Assembly (NCBI GenBank): GCA_034430515.1
Contig: DAOUEP010000027.1
Span: forward strand, 1-49,125
DNA: 49,125 bases
Reading direction: 5' to 3'
Source: Dehalococcoidales bacterium
Lineage (GTDB): Bacteria; Chloroflexota; Dehalococcoidia; Dehalococcoidales; RBG-16-60-22
Shown here: positions 8,339 through 16,224 of the stretch, piece by piece
Position numbering within the stretch: position 1 is the first letter of the stretch
How the letters are laid out: the number at the start of each line of letters is the position of its first letter
Position numbers and translations under genes: made by a program
Notes under the pieces: generated by a model
The model's database searches: none
What the model saw: only the letters and a program-made list of their open reading frames with translations
What the model was told of the DNA's origin: nothing

Positions 8339-8809
8339 ATTTACGCAATCATCGAAACCGGCGGCAAGCAGTATAAAGTAACCGAAGGCCAGACCCTCAA
8401 CGTCGACCTCCTGGAGAAGGCCAGCGGCCCGGTGGAGCTGGACAAAGTCCTGCTCATCGCCGACGGCGCTGACGTCACCGTGGGGAAGCCGGCCATCGCG
8501 GGCGCCAGGGTGCTGGCTACGGCCAAGGAAAACGGCCGCGCCCGAAAGATAATCGTCTTTAAATACAAGGCCAAGGTACGCTACCGCCGCAAGACCGGCC
8601 ACCGCCAGCCCTACACCACCATCAGCATCGATAAGATACTCCCGCCGGGGGCGGAGGCGCCCAAGCCGGTCGCCAAGAAAGCAGCTCCCAAGCCGACCGC
8701 AGAGAAGGCTTCGCCTAAACCGGCCGCAAAGAAAGCGTCGCCCAAGCCGGTCGCCAAGAAGGCGGCCCCGCGGCCCAAGAAAACAGAGGTAACCCCCGAT
8801 GGCGCATAA
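8339..8809 (+). CDS. rplU: 50S ribosomal protein L21 with Lys/Ala/Pro-rich C-terminal extension
   Basis: The canonical L21 N-terminus (I)[17 protein letters not shown] begins at the ATT at 8339, 6 nt after GGAGG (8328-8332). The track ORF from the GTG at 8432 is N-terminally truncated. Confidence 0.88.
   Translation: MYAIIETGGKQYKVTEGQTLNVDLLEKASGPVELDKVLLIADGADVTVGKPAIAGARVLATAKENGRARKIIVFKYKAKVRYRRKTGHRQPYTTISIDKILPPGAEAPKPVAKKAAPKPTAEKASPKPAAKKASPKPVAKKAAPRPKKTEVTPDGA
8657..8785 (+). repeat. In-frame 27-bp tandem repeat (about 4.5 units) encoding (A/S)PKPxAKKA
   Basis: The units are gcgcccaagccggtcgccaagaaagca / gctcccaagccgaccgcagagaaggct / tcgcctaaaccggccgcaaagaaagcg / tcgcccaagccggtcgccaagaaggcg / a partial unit. 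Confidence 0.85.
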
Positions 8810-9053
8810 AAAAGGAGGCGGCACCAGCCGCAACGGCAGGGACTCTCAGGGCCAGCGGCTCGGCGTCAAGCGGTTCGCCGGGCAGCAGGTCAACGCGGGC
8901 ACCATTCTGGTGCGCCAGCGCGGCACGCGCATTCACCCCGGCCTTAACGTGGGCATGGGCAAAGACCACACTATCTACGCCACCATCGACGGCGTCGTCA
9001 AGTTCGAGCCTATCGCCAATAACCGCCGCAAGGTCAGCGTTTACAGCAGCTAA
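8799..9053 (+). CDS. rpmA: 50S ribosomal protein L27
   Basis: The sequence reads [29 protein letters not shown]. It overlaps the rplU stop by 11 nt. Confidence 0.95.
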   Translation: MAHKKGGGTSRNGRDSQGQRLGVKRFAGQQVNAGTILVRQRGTRIHPGLNVGMGKDHTIYATIDGVVKFEPIANNRRKVSVYSS

Positions 9054-9057
9054 GATT

Positions 9058-9264
9058 ATGAAAGAGAAGATTCATCCCCAGTATTATACCGACGCCGAGG
9101 TCGTCTGCGCCTGCGGCCACCGCTTCACCACCGGCTCCACCCGCAAGGAGCTTAGAGTGGAGGTGTGCTCCAACTGCCACCCCTTCTTCACCGGCGAGCG
9201 GCGCATGCTGGACACCACCGGGCGCGTCGAGCGCTTTAAGAAGCGCTACAAGCTGGATGACTAG
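9058..9264 (+). CDS. rpmE: 50S ribosomal protein L31 (Zn-ribbon type)
   Basis: The sequence reads [10 protein letters not shown]...CACGH...[10 protein letters not shown]. Confidence 0.95.
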   Translation: MKEKIHPQYYTDAEVVCACGHRFTTGSTRKELRVEVCSNCHPFFTGERRMLDTTGRVERFKKRYKLDD

Positions 9265-9286
9265 CCGGCAAATCAGAAAGGAAGGC

Positions 9287-9320
9287 AGGAGCGGGCTTTT
9301 TCTACCGCTCCTTTTTCTTT
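9287..9320 (+). terminator. Intrinsic terminator after rpmE
   Basis: AGGAGCGG, a 10-nt loop, CCGCTCCT, followed by TTTTTCTTT. Confidence 0.6.
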
Positions 9321-9326
9321 AGATAG

Positions 9327-10250
9327 ATGGCGGCGGATAAAATAAAGTACAACTACGGCGGGCAGGCGGTTCTCGAGGGTGTGATGATACGCGGGCGTAC
9401 CGCCGTGGTCACCTCCGTGCGCCGCGCCGACGGCGAAATCACCACCGACGTCCGCCCCCTGCACGCCCTCACCACCGGCCGGCTGCGCCACATCCCCCTG
9501 ATACGCGGCATCGTCGTCCTCATCGAGGCCATGGTCATCGGCATCCAGAGCCTGATGTACTCGGCCAGCGCCGCCGTGGAGGAAGAGGGCGAGGAAGTCC
9601 CCACCAAGGCCCTCTGGCTCATGGTGGGCGTGGGGGTGGTGCTGGTGGTGCTGCTCTTCTTTCTGGTGCCGCTCTTCCTGACCAACCTCCTCAACCAGTA
9701 CCTGCCCAACACGATTGTCTTTAACCTCGTCGAGGGCGTTATCCGCATCATCATCTTCCTGGGCTATCTCAAACTCATCGGGCTGATGCCGGATATCAAG
9801 CGGGTCTTTACCTACCACGGCGCCGAGCACAAGACGGTCAACGCCTACGAGGCGGGCGAGCCCCTGGAAGTGGACGCCATCCGCAAGTACGGCACCGCCC
9901 ACGTGCGCTGCGGCACCAGCTTTCTCTTTCTGGTGCTTATCATCGCCATCATTGTCTTCGCCTTCATCGGGCGGGACATCTTCTGGCTGATGATTGTGGG
10001 GCGCATCGTGCTTATCCCGGTGATTATGGCGCTGGGATACGAGGTCATCTACTTCGGCGCCAAGCACAGCCGCAACTGGCTGATGCGCGCCCTGCTCTGG
10101 CCGGGGCTGCTTTTACAGTCGATGACCACCGGCGAGCCGGACGACAGCCAGATTGAGGTGGCCATCGCCTCCATGACTAGGGCGATAGAAATAGACCGGG
10201 CCGACGAAGCCGCCACTGCTGAAGGGGCTACCGAAACGGCTTCGGCCTAG
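9327..10250 (+). CDS. DUF1385 family membrane-associated protein (YqhQ-like)
   Basis: The sequence contains YGGQAVLEGVMIRG and YHGAEHK motifs plus a TM core. This family typically neighbours rpmE. Confidence 0.85.
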   Translation: MAADKIKYNYGGQAVLEGVMIRGRTAVVTSVRRADGEITTDVRPLHALTTGRLRHIPLIRGIVVLIEAMVIGIQSLMYSASAAVEEEGEEVPTKALWLMVGVGVVLVVLLFFLVPLFLTNLLNQYLPNTIVFNLVEGVIRIIIFLGYLKLIGLMPDIKRVFTYHGAEHKTVNAYEAGEPLEVDAIRKYGTAHVRCGTSFLFLVLIIAIIVFAFIGRDIFWLMIVGRIVLIPVIMALGYEVIYFGAKHSRNWLMRALLWPGLLLQSMTTGEPDDSQIEVAIASMTRAIEIDRADEAATAEGATETASA

Positions 10251-10263
10251 TTTAGATAAAGAA

Positions 10264-10332
10264 TCCAGCCCCCTCCGCCCCTCGGAGGTATCTATTCCCA
10301 CCCAAGCCGCCCTCGGCACATCCGCGGCTTAT
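10264..10332 (-). repeat. Solo arm copy of the repeat family (core complement at 10289-10303)
   Basis: Its reverse complement matches 1664-1729 almost base for base. Confidence 0.85.
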
Positions 10333-10351
10333 CCCGTAGCAGAAAAGTGTC

Positions 10352-10371
10352 ATTCCCGCGGAAGCGGGAAT
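10352..10371 (-). terminator. Hairpin ATTCCCGC-nnnn-GCGGGAAT downstream of coaE (possible terminator)
   Basis: It has an 8-bp stem. The minus strand continues GACACTTTTCTGC. A similar hairpin follows xerC at 30241-30266. Confidence 0.4.
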
Positions 10372-10380
10372 CCAGTTTCT

Positions 10381-10983
10381 CTATCCCATCCTCTCCATCA
10401 GCTTGTGCCACTCTTCTTTAACCTGCGCCTTTAGCTCCTCCGGCGTGCCGGCGTTCTCGATGACCACGTCGGCGTGGGGCAGGCGCGCTGCGGAAGAGAG
10501 CTGGTTATGGATACGCAGCCGGGCCTCCGCCTCGGAGTAGCCCCGCTGGGCGGCCAGCCTCTTGAGCACGGCGTCTTCCGGGGCCGTCGTCACCCAGAGC
10601 TCCTCGGCGCGGGGGTCGCCGCCGGCCTGCGGCATGGCCGCCGCCTCCAGCACCACCACCTTCACCCCCCGGCGGCGGCGATCGGCCAGGCGTTTGTCCA
10701 CCAGACTATCAATGACGGGGTGCAGGATGCCGATGAGCCGCTCCAGGGCGGCGGGGTCATTGAAGACCTTTTCGCCGAGGCGGGCGCGGTCGATTTGGCC
10801 GCTCTTGTCTACGATGTCCGGGCCGAAGGCCAGGATAACCGCCTCGCGGGCGGCACCGCCCCGCGCCAGCGTCTCGTGGCCGACCTTGTCCAGGTCGATG
10901 ACGCTGGCCCCCAGCTCCTTGAGGTAAGCGGCCACGGCGCTCTTGCCGGTGCCGATGCCGCCGGTCAGCCCGATGACCTTCAT
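10381..10983 (-). CDS. coaE: Dephospho-CoA kinase
   Basis: The sequence reads MKVIGLTGGIGTGKSAVAAYL, the P-loop typical of CoaE. Confidence 0.92.
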   Translation of the reverse strand: MKVIGLTGGIGTGKSAVAAYLKELGASVIDLDKVGHETLARGGAAREAVILAFGPDIVDKSGQIDRARLGEKVFNDPAALERLIGILHPVIDSLVDKRLADRRRRGVKVVVLEAAAMPQAGGDPRAEELWVTTAPEDAVLKRLAAQRGYSEAEARLRIHNQLSSAARLPHADVVIENAGTPEELKAQVKEEWHKLMERMG

Positions 10984-11065
10984 GGCTTTACCATCCCGCC
11001 GTAAACTGACCTCCGCTAACGCCGGTTTCTCCCATTATAGCCCAAGATGCGCCGCAGGGGAACGG

Positions 11066-12310
11066 CTAGCTGGTGCGCACCGTCAGCACGGCGTCCAGGG
11101 AGAGGCTCTGGCCATCCCGGAGAATGCCCAGGCGGCAGGTATCGCCGGGGCCCTTGAGCTCGCCCAGGTAAGCGGTAAGCCCGGCGGTATCGCGGACGGG
11201 CACGCCGTCCAGGGAGACGATGATATCATCAACGCGCAGGCCGGCAACCTGGGCCGGGTCGCCGGGAAAGACGTCGGCCACCAGCACGCCGTTGGCCGAG
11301 GCCAGCCCCCTGGCCTCGACGAGGTCGGGGGTGAGGTCGCCGGCGCTGACGCCCAGCCAGGGATAGGCGAAGGAGCCGCTGGCGATGATGGCCTCGGCGA
11401 CGCGCTTGACCTTGTTGGCGGCCACGGCGTAGTAGATGCCGTCGCCCTCGGTGGCGTCGATACGGGCGATGACGATGCCGAGCAGCTCGCCGGCGGCGTT
11501 GACCAGCGGGCAGCCCGAGTTGCCGGGGTTGACGGGGGCATCGAACTGAATCAGATTGGCTACCGAGCGGCTCTCGGTGGTGTAGTCTATCTCTTCGAAG
11601 CGGTCGACCTGGCTGACGATGCCGGCGGTGAGCGTGCCGGGGAGGTTGAAGGGATTGCCCACGGCCACCACCGGCGCGCCGATGGCTACCACGCTGGAGT
11701 CGGCCACCGGCAGGGGCGCGATGCCGGGGTTATTATCCAACTGGATAACGGCGATGTCCGAATAGAGGCAGGAGCCGGTGACGCTGGCCCGCGAGACCAG
11801 CCCGTCGGCGGTGACGACGTATATCGGGGAGAGGCCATCGATGACGTGATAGGCGGTGACCACGTGCCCGGCCGTGTCCCAGATGACCCCGGAGGCGACG
11901 GTGCTTTCGCCATCGGTAATCCGCACCGTGACCCGGCTGACCTGCTGGTAGACGGCGCTGGCACTAAAATCGGATATCCCGGCCACCTGGTCTCCGAGGC
12001 GGGCAAGCTCCGCCCGGCCCGCTTCCAGGGCCGCATCCAGCGTATCCAGCCCGGCCTGTGTCTCGCCGAGCTGCGCTTCCAGGCCGGCGAGGGCGTCGGC
12101 AGTCTCCTGGCGCAGGCCGGACAGGACGCCGGTGGTTTCCTGCCGCAGGTCGGCAATCTCCTGGCCGGCGGCGCTTTGCTCCGTGGCCAGCGACGTCAGT
12201 TGCCCGCTGAGGTCGTCCAGCTGGCGGTTGAGGGTGTAGCTGTAGTAGCCCAGGCCCGCCGCGAGCAGCACCAGCAGCGCCAGGATAGCGGCCGTTAGCT
12301 TATTCATCAT
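11066..12310 (-). CDS. S1C (HtrA/DegP-like) serine protease with N-terminal TM/coiled coil and C-terminal PDZ
   Basis: The sequence contains TAYHVI (His), DIAVIQL (Asp), GNSGCPLVN (Ser) and a PDZ-like tail. Confidence 0.88.
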   Translation of the reverse strand: MMNKLTAAILALLVLLAAGLGYYSYTLNRQLDDLSGQLTSLATEQSAAGQEIADLRQETTGVLSGLRQETADALAGLEAQLGETQAGLDTLDAALEAGRAELARLGDQVAGISDFSASAVYQQVSRVTVRITDGESTVASGVIWDTAGHVVTAYHVIDGLSPIYVVTADGLVSRASVTGSCLYSDIAVIQLDNNPGIAPLPVADSSVVAIGAPVVAVGNPFNLPGTLTAGIVSQVDRFEEIDYTTESRSVANLIQFDAPVNPGNSGCPLVNAAGELLGIVIARIDATEGDGIYYAVAANKVKRVAEAIIASGSFAYPWLGVSAGDLTPDLVEARGLASANGVLVADVFPGDPAQVAGLRVDDIIVSLDGVPVRDTAGLTAYLGELKGPGDTCRLGILRDGQSLSLDAVLTVRTS

Positions 12311-12458
12311 GCAGGCTCTCCTTCTCCAGCTTCCGCGCCACGATGGCGTTGCGACCGCCGCCCCTGGCCGCGTCCAGGGCGCGCCCCGCCGGCGGCAAAG
12401 CGATATTTTCCCGGAGGAACGCCGCCGGTTGGGAGGAATGTTGGTGGTGGGGCGTCAA
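12300..12458 (-). CDS. Small bridging ORF (52 aa) resembling the extreme C-terminus of a GGDEF domain
   Basis: A TTG start overlaps the upstream TGA (ATTGA), and the stop overlaps the htrA ATGATG. The peptide is MTPHHQHSSQPAAFLRENIALPPAGRALDAARGGGRNAIVARKLEKESLHDE and contains the pattern AL..A[KR]..GRN.[VI]. GC3 is high. It is absent from the ORF track because it is under 60 aa. Confidence 0.35.
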   Translation of the reverse strand: MTPHHQHSSQPAAFLRENIALPPAGRALDAARGGGRNAIVARKLEKESLHDE

Positions 12459-12931
12459 TGCGCCGCCAGCTGCCGCTTGATTTCGGTAAGCTGCCGGAGG
12501 TGGAACTTCTCCTCGGCGATAATCCGGCCGATGACGGCGGCGGCGGCGGGCATGGCGTCGCGCATCTCGTAGTAGAAGAGGACGGAGTCCTTCTCGGCGG
12601 CGATGGCCAGCTCCAGGGCCCTGACGTCGCTGTCGGCCTCGGTGGCCATCTCGGAGGTAATCAGGTCGTCGGTGAAGACGGCGCTGTCGATCAGCGCCTG
12701 GAGATAGCCGGAGTATTCCGGGGCGGCGGCCTCCGACGGCCCGCCGGTCGCCTCCAGCATGGCCTGAAAGATGCGGATGTGCTCGCGCTCCATGACGACG
12801 AGTCCCTCGAAGACGGCCCGGACCGACGCGTCGTCGCTGGACTTGGCCATGATGTCGTAGAAGGTGATGCCCCGCCGCTCGATGCCGACGGCGATATTAA
12901 TCAGCTCGCTGCCGGGATAAACGTCTGCCAT
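12455..12931 (-). CDS. Ferritin-like (rubrerythrin-family) diiron protein
   Basis: It has two ExxH motifs (MEREH, AEEKFH) in a predicted four-helix protein of 158 aa. Confidence 0.75.
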   Translation of the reverse strand: MADVYPGSELINIAVGIERRGITFYDIMAKSSDDASVRAVFEGLVVMEREHIRIFQAMLEATGGPSEAAAPEYSGYLQALIDSAVFTDDLITSEMATEADSDVRALELAIAAEKDSVLFYYEMRDAMPAAAAVIGRIIAEEKFHLRQLTEIKRQLAAH

Positions 12932-12967
12932 GGCACGCTCCTTGCCCTGGTCTATCGGGTTCGGGCT

Positions 12968-13318
12968 TTAAAGCTCGACGAGGATATCGCCGCCGTCCAC
13001 CCGGACGTTATACACCTTGAGCCGGCGCGCCGGCCGCAGGACTTTGCTCAGGGCCGTCATCAGGCCGGCGCCTTTCGTCCAGCGGATGACCCGGCCGTCG
13101 CGGATATCGAACCGCGAGCCGTGGAGCGGGCAGGTGATAACCGTCCCGTCGAGCTTGCCCGCCGCCAGGTTGCCGCCCAGGTGCGGGCAGCGGCCGGCCA
13201 CGGCGTAGTAATGCTCGCCCACCCGCACCAGCATGATATCCTGCCCCTCAACCTTGACGCGATGCTTGCCGCCTTCGGGCAGGTCTTTGGCGGCGGCGGC
13301 CTTAACGTAATTTCCCAT
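12968..13318 (-). CDS. Rieske [2Fe-2S] ferredoxin-type protein
   Basis: The sequence reads CPHLGGNL ...17... CPLHGSRF, a CxH...CxxH motif, in 116 aa. Confidence 0.88.
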   Translation of the reverse strand: MGNYVKAAAAKDLPEGGKHRVKVEGQDIMLVRVGEHYYAVAGRCPHLGGNLAAGKLDGTVITCPLHGSRFDIRDGRVIRWTKGAGLMTALSKVLRPARRLKVYNVRVDGGDILVEL

Positions 13319-13323
13319 GGTCT

Positions 13324-14205
13324 TTAACCGGAGTCGGGGAGGTTTCCGCCCGTCAGCGGGCCCCGGCCGCCTTCCTCGTCTTCCAGCAGGTCGTTGAAGA
13401 CCTCGATGTGGTAGCGCTCGTTATCGCGGATGCGCAGCAGCAGCTTCTTAAGGCCGGCGTCGTCAACCTCTTTGGCGGCCTTGTCGTAAGCGTCGGCGAC
13501 CTCTTTTTCTGTCTTGATGTCTTCCTTGAGCATGTCCGAGGTGCGCAGCGACTGGTCGGGCTTGTCGTGCTCGATGCGGGGGCTGCCGCCGCCGCCCACC
13601 ATCTCCTCGGCCAGCCAGCCCAGGTGCTGCATCTCGTTGATGGCCTGGTCTTCCAGCTGTTTGCACGCCTGGGAGTTCTCGGTCATGTAGGAGTGGAAGA
13701 GGTACTGCAATATCACCGTGTACTCGTGCTCGATGCCCCAGTTGAGTATCTTGGCCACGCCGTCCTTGCGCTCGCCGCGCTTGTCCTTGAGACCCTCCCG
13801 GGCGGTCTTGTCGACGAAGTGCTCGAAGTCGCCGCGGTGCGAGCGCTCGTCGTCCAAGATGCGCCGCAGCAAGCGATTGATTTTGGGGTCGTCAATCAGC
13901 TTTATGTGCTCCTTGTACTGGTCGATGGCACCCTGCTCCAGCTTGACGTCGTCGGCCATCCAGTCGGGGACGGTCTTGCCGGCCATGTTCATCGTGCCGC
14001 GTTTCAAGCTGGGCTGGCCCCCCAGCGCCACGATGGTCTCCGCCAGCCAGTCCAGGTGGCGCATCTCCTCGCGCGCCAGGGCCTCGACCTCGCAGGTCAC
14101 CTCGCCCTCGCCCATGCCGTAGGCGTGGAGGAGGTACTGGATGATGGCGCCGTGCTCGTTCTCCAGGTCTTTGTTAAGTAGCTCGATGACTTTCTCGTTA
14201 TCCAT
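13324..14205 (-). CDS. Tandem ferritin-like (bacterioferritin-type) diiron protein
   Basis: It has two ferritin-like domains, each with paired ExxH motifs (EEMRH, DERSH; NEMQH, NERYH). Confidence 0.75.
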   Translation of the reverse strand: MDNEKVIELLNKDLENEHGAIIQYLLHAYGMGEGEVTCEVEALAREEMRHLDWLAETIVALGGQPSLKRGTMNMAGKTVPDWMADDVKLEQGAIDQYKEHIKLIDDPKINRLLRRILDDERSHRGDFEHFVDKTAREGLKDKRGERKDGVAKILNWGIEHEYTVILQYLFHSYMTENSQACKQLEDQAINEMQHLGWLAEEMVGGGGSPRIEHDKPDQSLRTSDMLKEDIKTEKEVADAYDKAAKEVDDAGLKKLLLRIRDNERYHIEVFNDLLEDEEGGRGPLTGGNLPDSG

Positions 14206-14276
14206 TCGGTTGCCTCCGCGGTTAGTTCTCTATTCATTTTAGGCCGATACCGTTATTACGGCAAGCTCTTTTCAGG

Positions 14277-14435
14277 TTAAATTTTCTTAAACTCGCTCTT
14301 GGCCGCCCCGCAGACGGGGCAGACCCAGCCGCCGGGAATCTTGTTGAAGGGCGTCCCCGGCGCGATACCGCCGTCCGGGTCGCCCGCTTCGGGGTCGTAG
14401 ATGTAGCCGCAGACGGTGCACTCGTATTTATCCAT
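14277..14435 (-). CDS. Rubredoxin (52 aa; not in the ORF track)
   Basis: The reverse-complement translation is [52 protein letters not shown]. It has CxxC...CPxC motifs, and GGAGG lies upstream overlapping the preceding stop. Confidence 0.92.
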   Translation of the reverse strand: MDKYECTVCGYIYDPEAGDPDGGIAPGTPFNKIPGGWVCPVCGAAKSEFKKI

Positions 14436-14960
14436 TTAAGGCTTACCTCCTTTTTCCGGGGGTATGTAGCTGGGGGCGGTCTTGGGGGTGGTGCCCCGCT
14501 TGACCTGGTGGTAGTAGTCGTAGGTCATGCAGACGTCCTCGGTGAGGATTTCCGCGGCCACGATTTTGCCGATGAAGATGGTGTGCGTGCCGACCTCGAC
14601 GGACTGGATGACCTCGGCCTCCAGGTAGGCGGTGGCGTTGTCGAGGACGACGGGGGCGCCGGTCTGGCCGATTTTATAATTGACGCCCTTGAGCTTATCG
14701 GTATCGCGACCCGACTTGAAGCCGAAACCGCCGATGAAAGGCAGGGGTGTGGTCTGGCAGAGGACGGAGGCGCTGAAGACCTTGCTTGCCTTGATGTATT
14801 CGTTGGTGAGGTTCTGCTTGTTGATGCTCACGGCCACGGTGGGCGGCTCCGAGGTTATCTGGAAGACGGTGTTGGCGGTCTGGGCGTTGAGCTTTTCGCC
14901 CTTATGTGAGCCGACGACGTACATCCCGTAGCCGAGCTTGTGCAGGGCGTTAAAATTCAT
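14436..14960 (-). CDS. Flavin reductase-like FMN-binding protein
   Basis: The sequence has flavin_reduct-domain features (GMYVVGS...NAQTANTVFQITSEPP). In clostridial high-molecular-weight rubredoxin the same domain is fused to rubredoxin. Confidence 0.75.
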   Translation of the reverse strand: MNFNALHKLGYGMYVVGSHKGEKLNAQTANTVFQITSEPPTVAVSINKQNLTNEYIKASKVFSASVLCQTTPLPFIGGFGFKSGRDTDKLKGVNYKIGQTGAPVVLDNATAYLEAEVIQSVEVGTHTIFIGKIVAAEILTEDVCMTYDYYHQVKRGTTPKTAPSYIPPEKGGKP

Positions 14961-14988
14961 TTTTTGCCTCCGGGAAGCAGTTACCCGC

Positions 14989-16224
14989 TTACATTACTTC
15001 TTTTTCGCTGGCATCCACGGCCCGCTTGAGCTCCTCGGCCAAAATCGGCGGCAGGCCCTCGATGTCCACGCGCAGGAAACCCCGTACGATGGCGGCGGTG
15101 GCCTGGTCGTGGGTGAGGCCGCGGGCCATGAGGTATTCCACCTCTTCCTCGGCAATCTTGCCCACGGCGGCCTCGTGGGAGAGGTCGATGCCGGCCAGGG
15201 TGCCCTTGAGCTCGGGGATGGCTTGGATGACGCCTTTATCGCCCAGAATCAGGCCGCGGCACTCCAGGTGGCCCTTGCAGTCGGGGGCGTTGCCCTCGAT
15301 ATAGCCGCGGGCGACGATGCTGCCGCCGGTGGTGATGGCGCGGGAGACGATTTCCGTCCGCGAGCCTTTACCGTCTAAAATAACGCGCGAGCCGACGTCC
15401 AGCGAGGAGCCGGCCCCGGTGACCAGAACGCTGTTGAAGCGGGCCGTGGCGCCCTCGCCGGTACATCTGGCCAGCGGGTTCATCTGGAGCGACTTTACCG
15501 GCTTCATCAGCAGGTAGTTGCTCAGGAAGAGGCCGCCGTCCTCGATGACGACGGCGCTGCGGGGGCGCACCGCCGTGGCCGGGCTCCAGGCGTGTATCAT
15601 CGTAAAGGTTACCCTGGCGCCTTTTTTAATGTAAAACTCGGAGACGCCCAGGTGCAGCCCCGGCTCGTCGGCGGTGGCGGTGGTGCAGCCGGTGATGATG
15701 TGCAGCTCCGAGCCGGCCTCGGCGATGATGATATTATGGACGTTCTGCATCAGCTTGTCTTTGGCCAGATAGAGGCAGGCCTGTACCGGAAAGAGCGTCT
15801 TCTGCCCCGGCAGCGCCCGGATAAAATAGCCGCTGTACTGGTTGAGCTCCACGTTGGCGGTGTACTTGTCCTGGTCGACGGGCACGGCCCGCCACCAGTA
15901 GTCGGCCATCCAGTCGTACTTGGCCATGGCCTGGCCGACCGGCATGACCTCAACGCCGTCCTGGCTGACCGAGCTGTGCACCGGGGTGTTGTCCATCTGG
16001 ATGTACGTCCCCGAGCGCTGGCTGGGGTCGTCCAGCATGACGCCGGCGGTGAGCATCTGCTCCTTGGCCTGCGATGGGAGTTTAGATGGGTCTGCTTGAT
16101 AGGGTAGCTCGTCGGACGAGGCGTCGTAGCGGCTCAGGTCGATGTCCTCGCCCAGGGCGGCCTTTTTCGCTGCCGCGGCGCGGGCTTTGTCCCTGTCGGC
16201 GGGGGAAGTCCCGGTTTCAGTCAC
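14989..16224 (-). CDS. sufB: SufB/SufD-family Fe-S cluster assembly scaffold
   Basis: It has a beta-helix SufBD core (ITGCTTA..., SRAITTGGSIVARG, KGHLECRGLIL, IPEL...DLSHEAAVGKI). Confidence 0.85.
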   Translation of the reverse strand: MTETGTSPADRDKARAAAAKKAALGEDIDLSRYDASSDELPYQADPSKLPSQAKEQMLTAGVMLDDPSQRSGTYIQMDNTPVHSSVSQDGVEVMPVGQAMAKYDWMADYWWRAVPVDQDKYTANVELNQYSGYFIRALPGQKTLFPVQACLYLAKDKLMQNVHNIIIAEAGSELHIITGCTTATADEPGLHLGVSEFYIKKGARVTFTMIHAWSPATAVRPRSAVVIEDGGLFLSNYLLMKPVKSLQMNPLARCTGEGATARFNSVLVTGAGSSLDVGSRVILDGKGSRTEIVSRAITTGGSIVARGYIEGNAPDCKGHLECRGLILGDKGVIQAIPELKGTLAGIDLSHEAAVGKIAEEEVEYLMARGLTHDQATAAIVRGFLRVDIEGLPPILAEELKRAVDASEKEVM

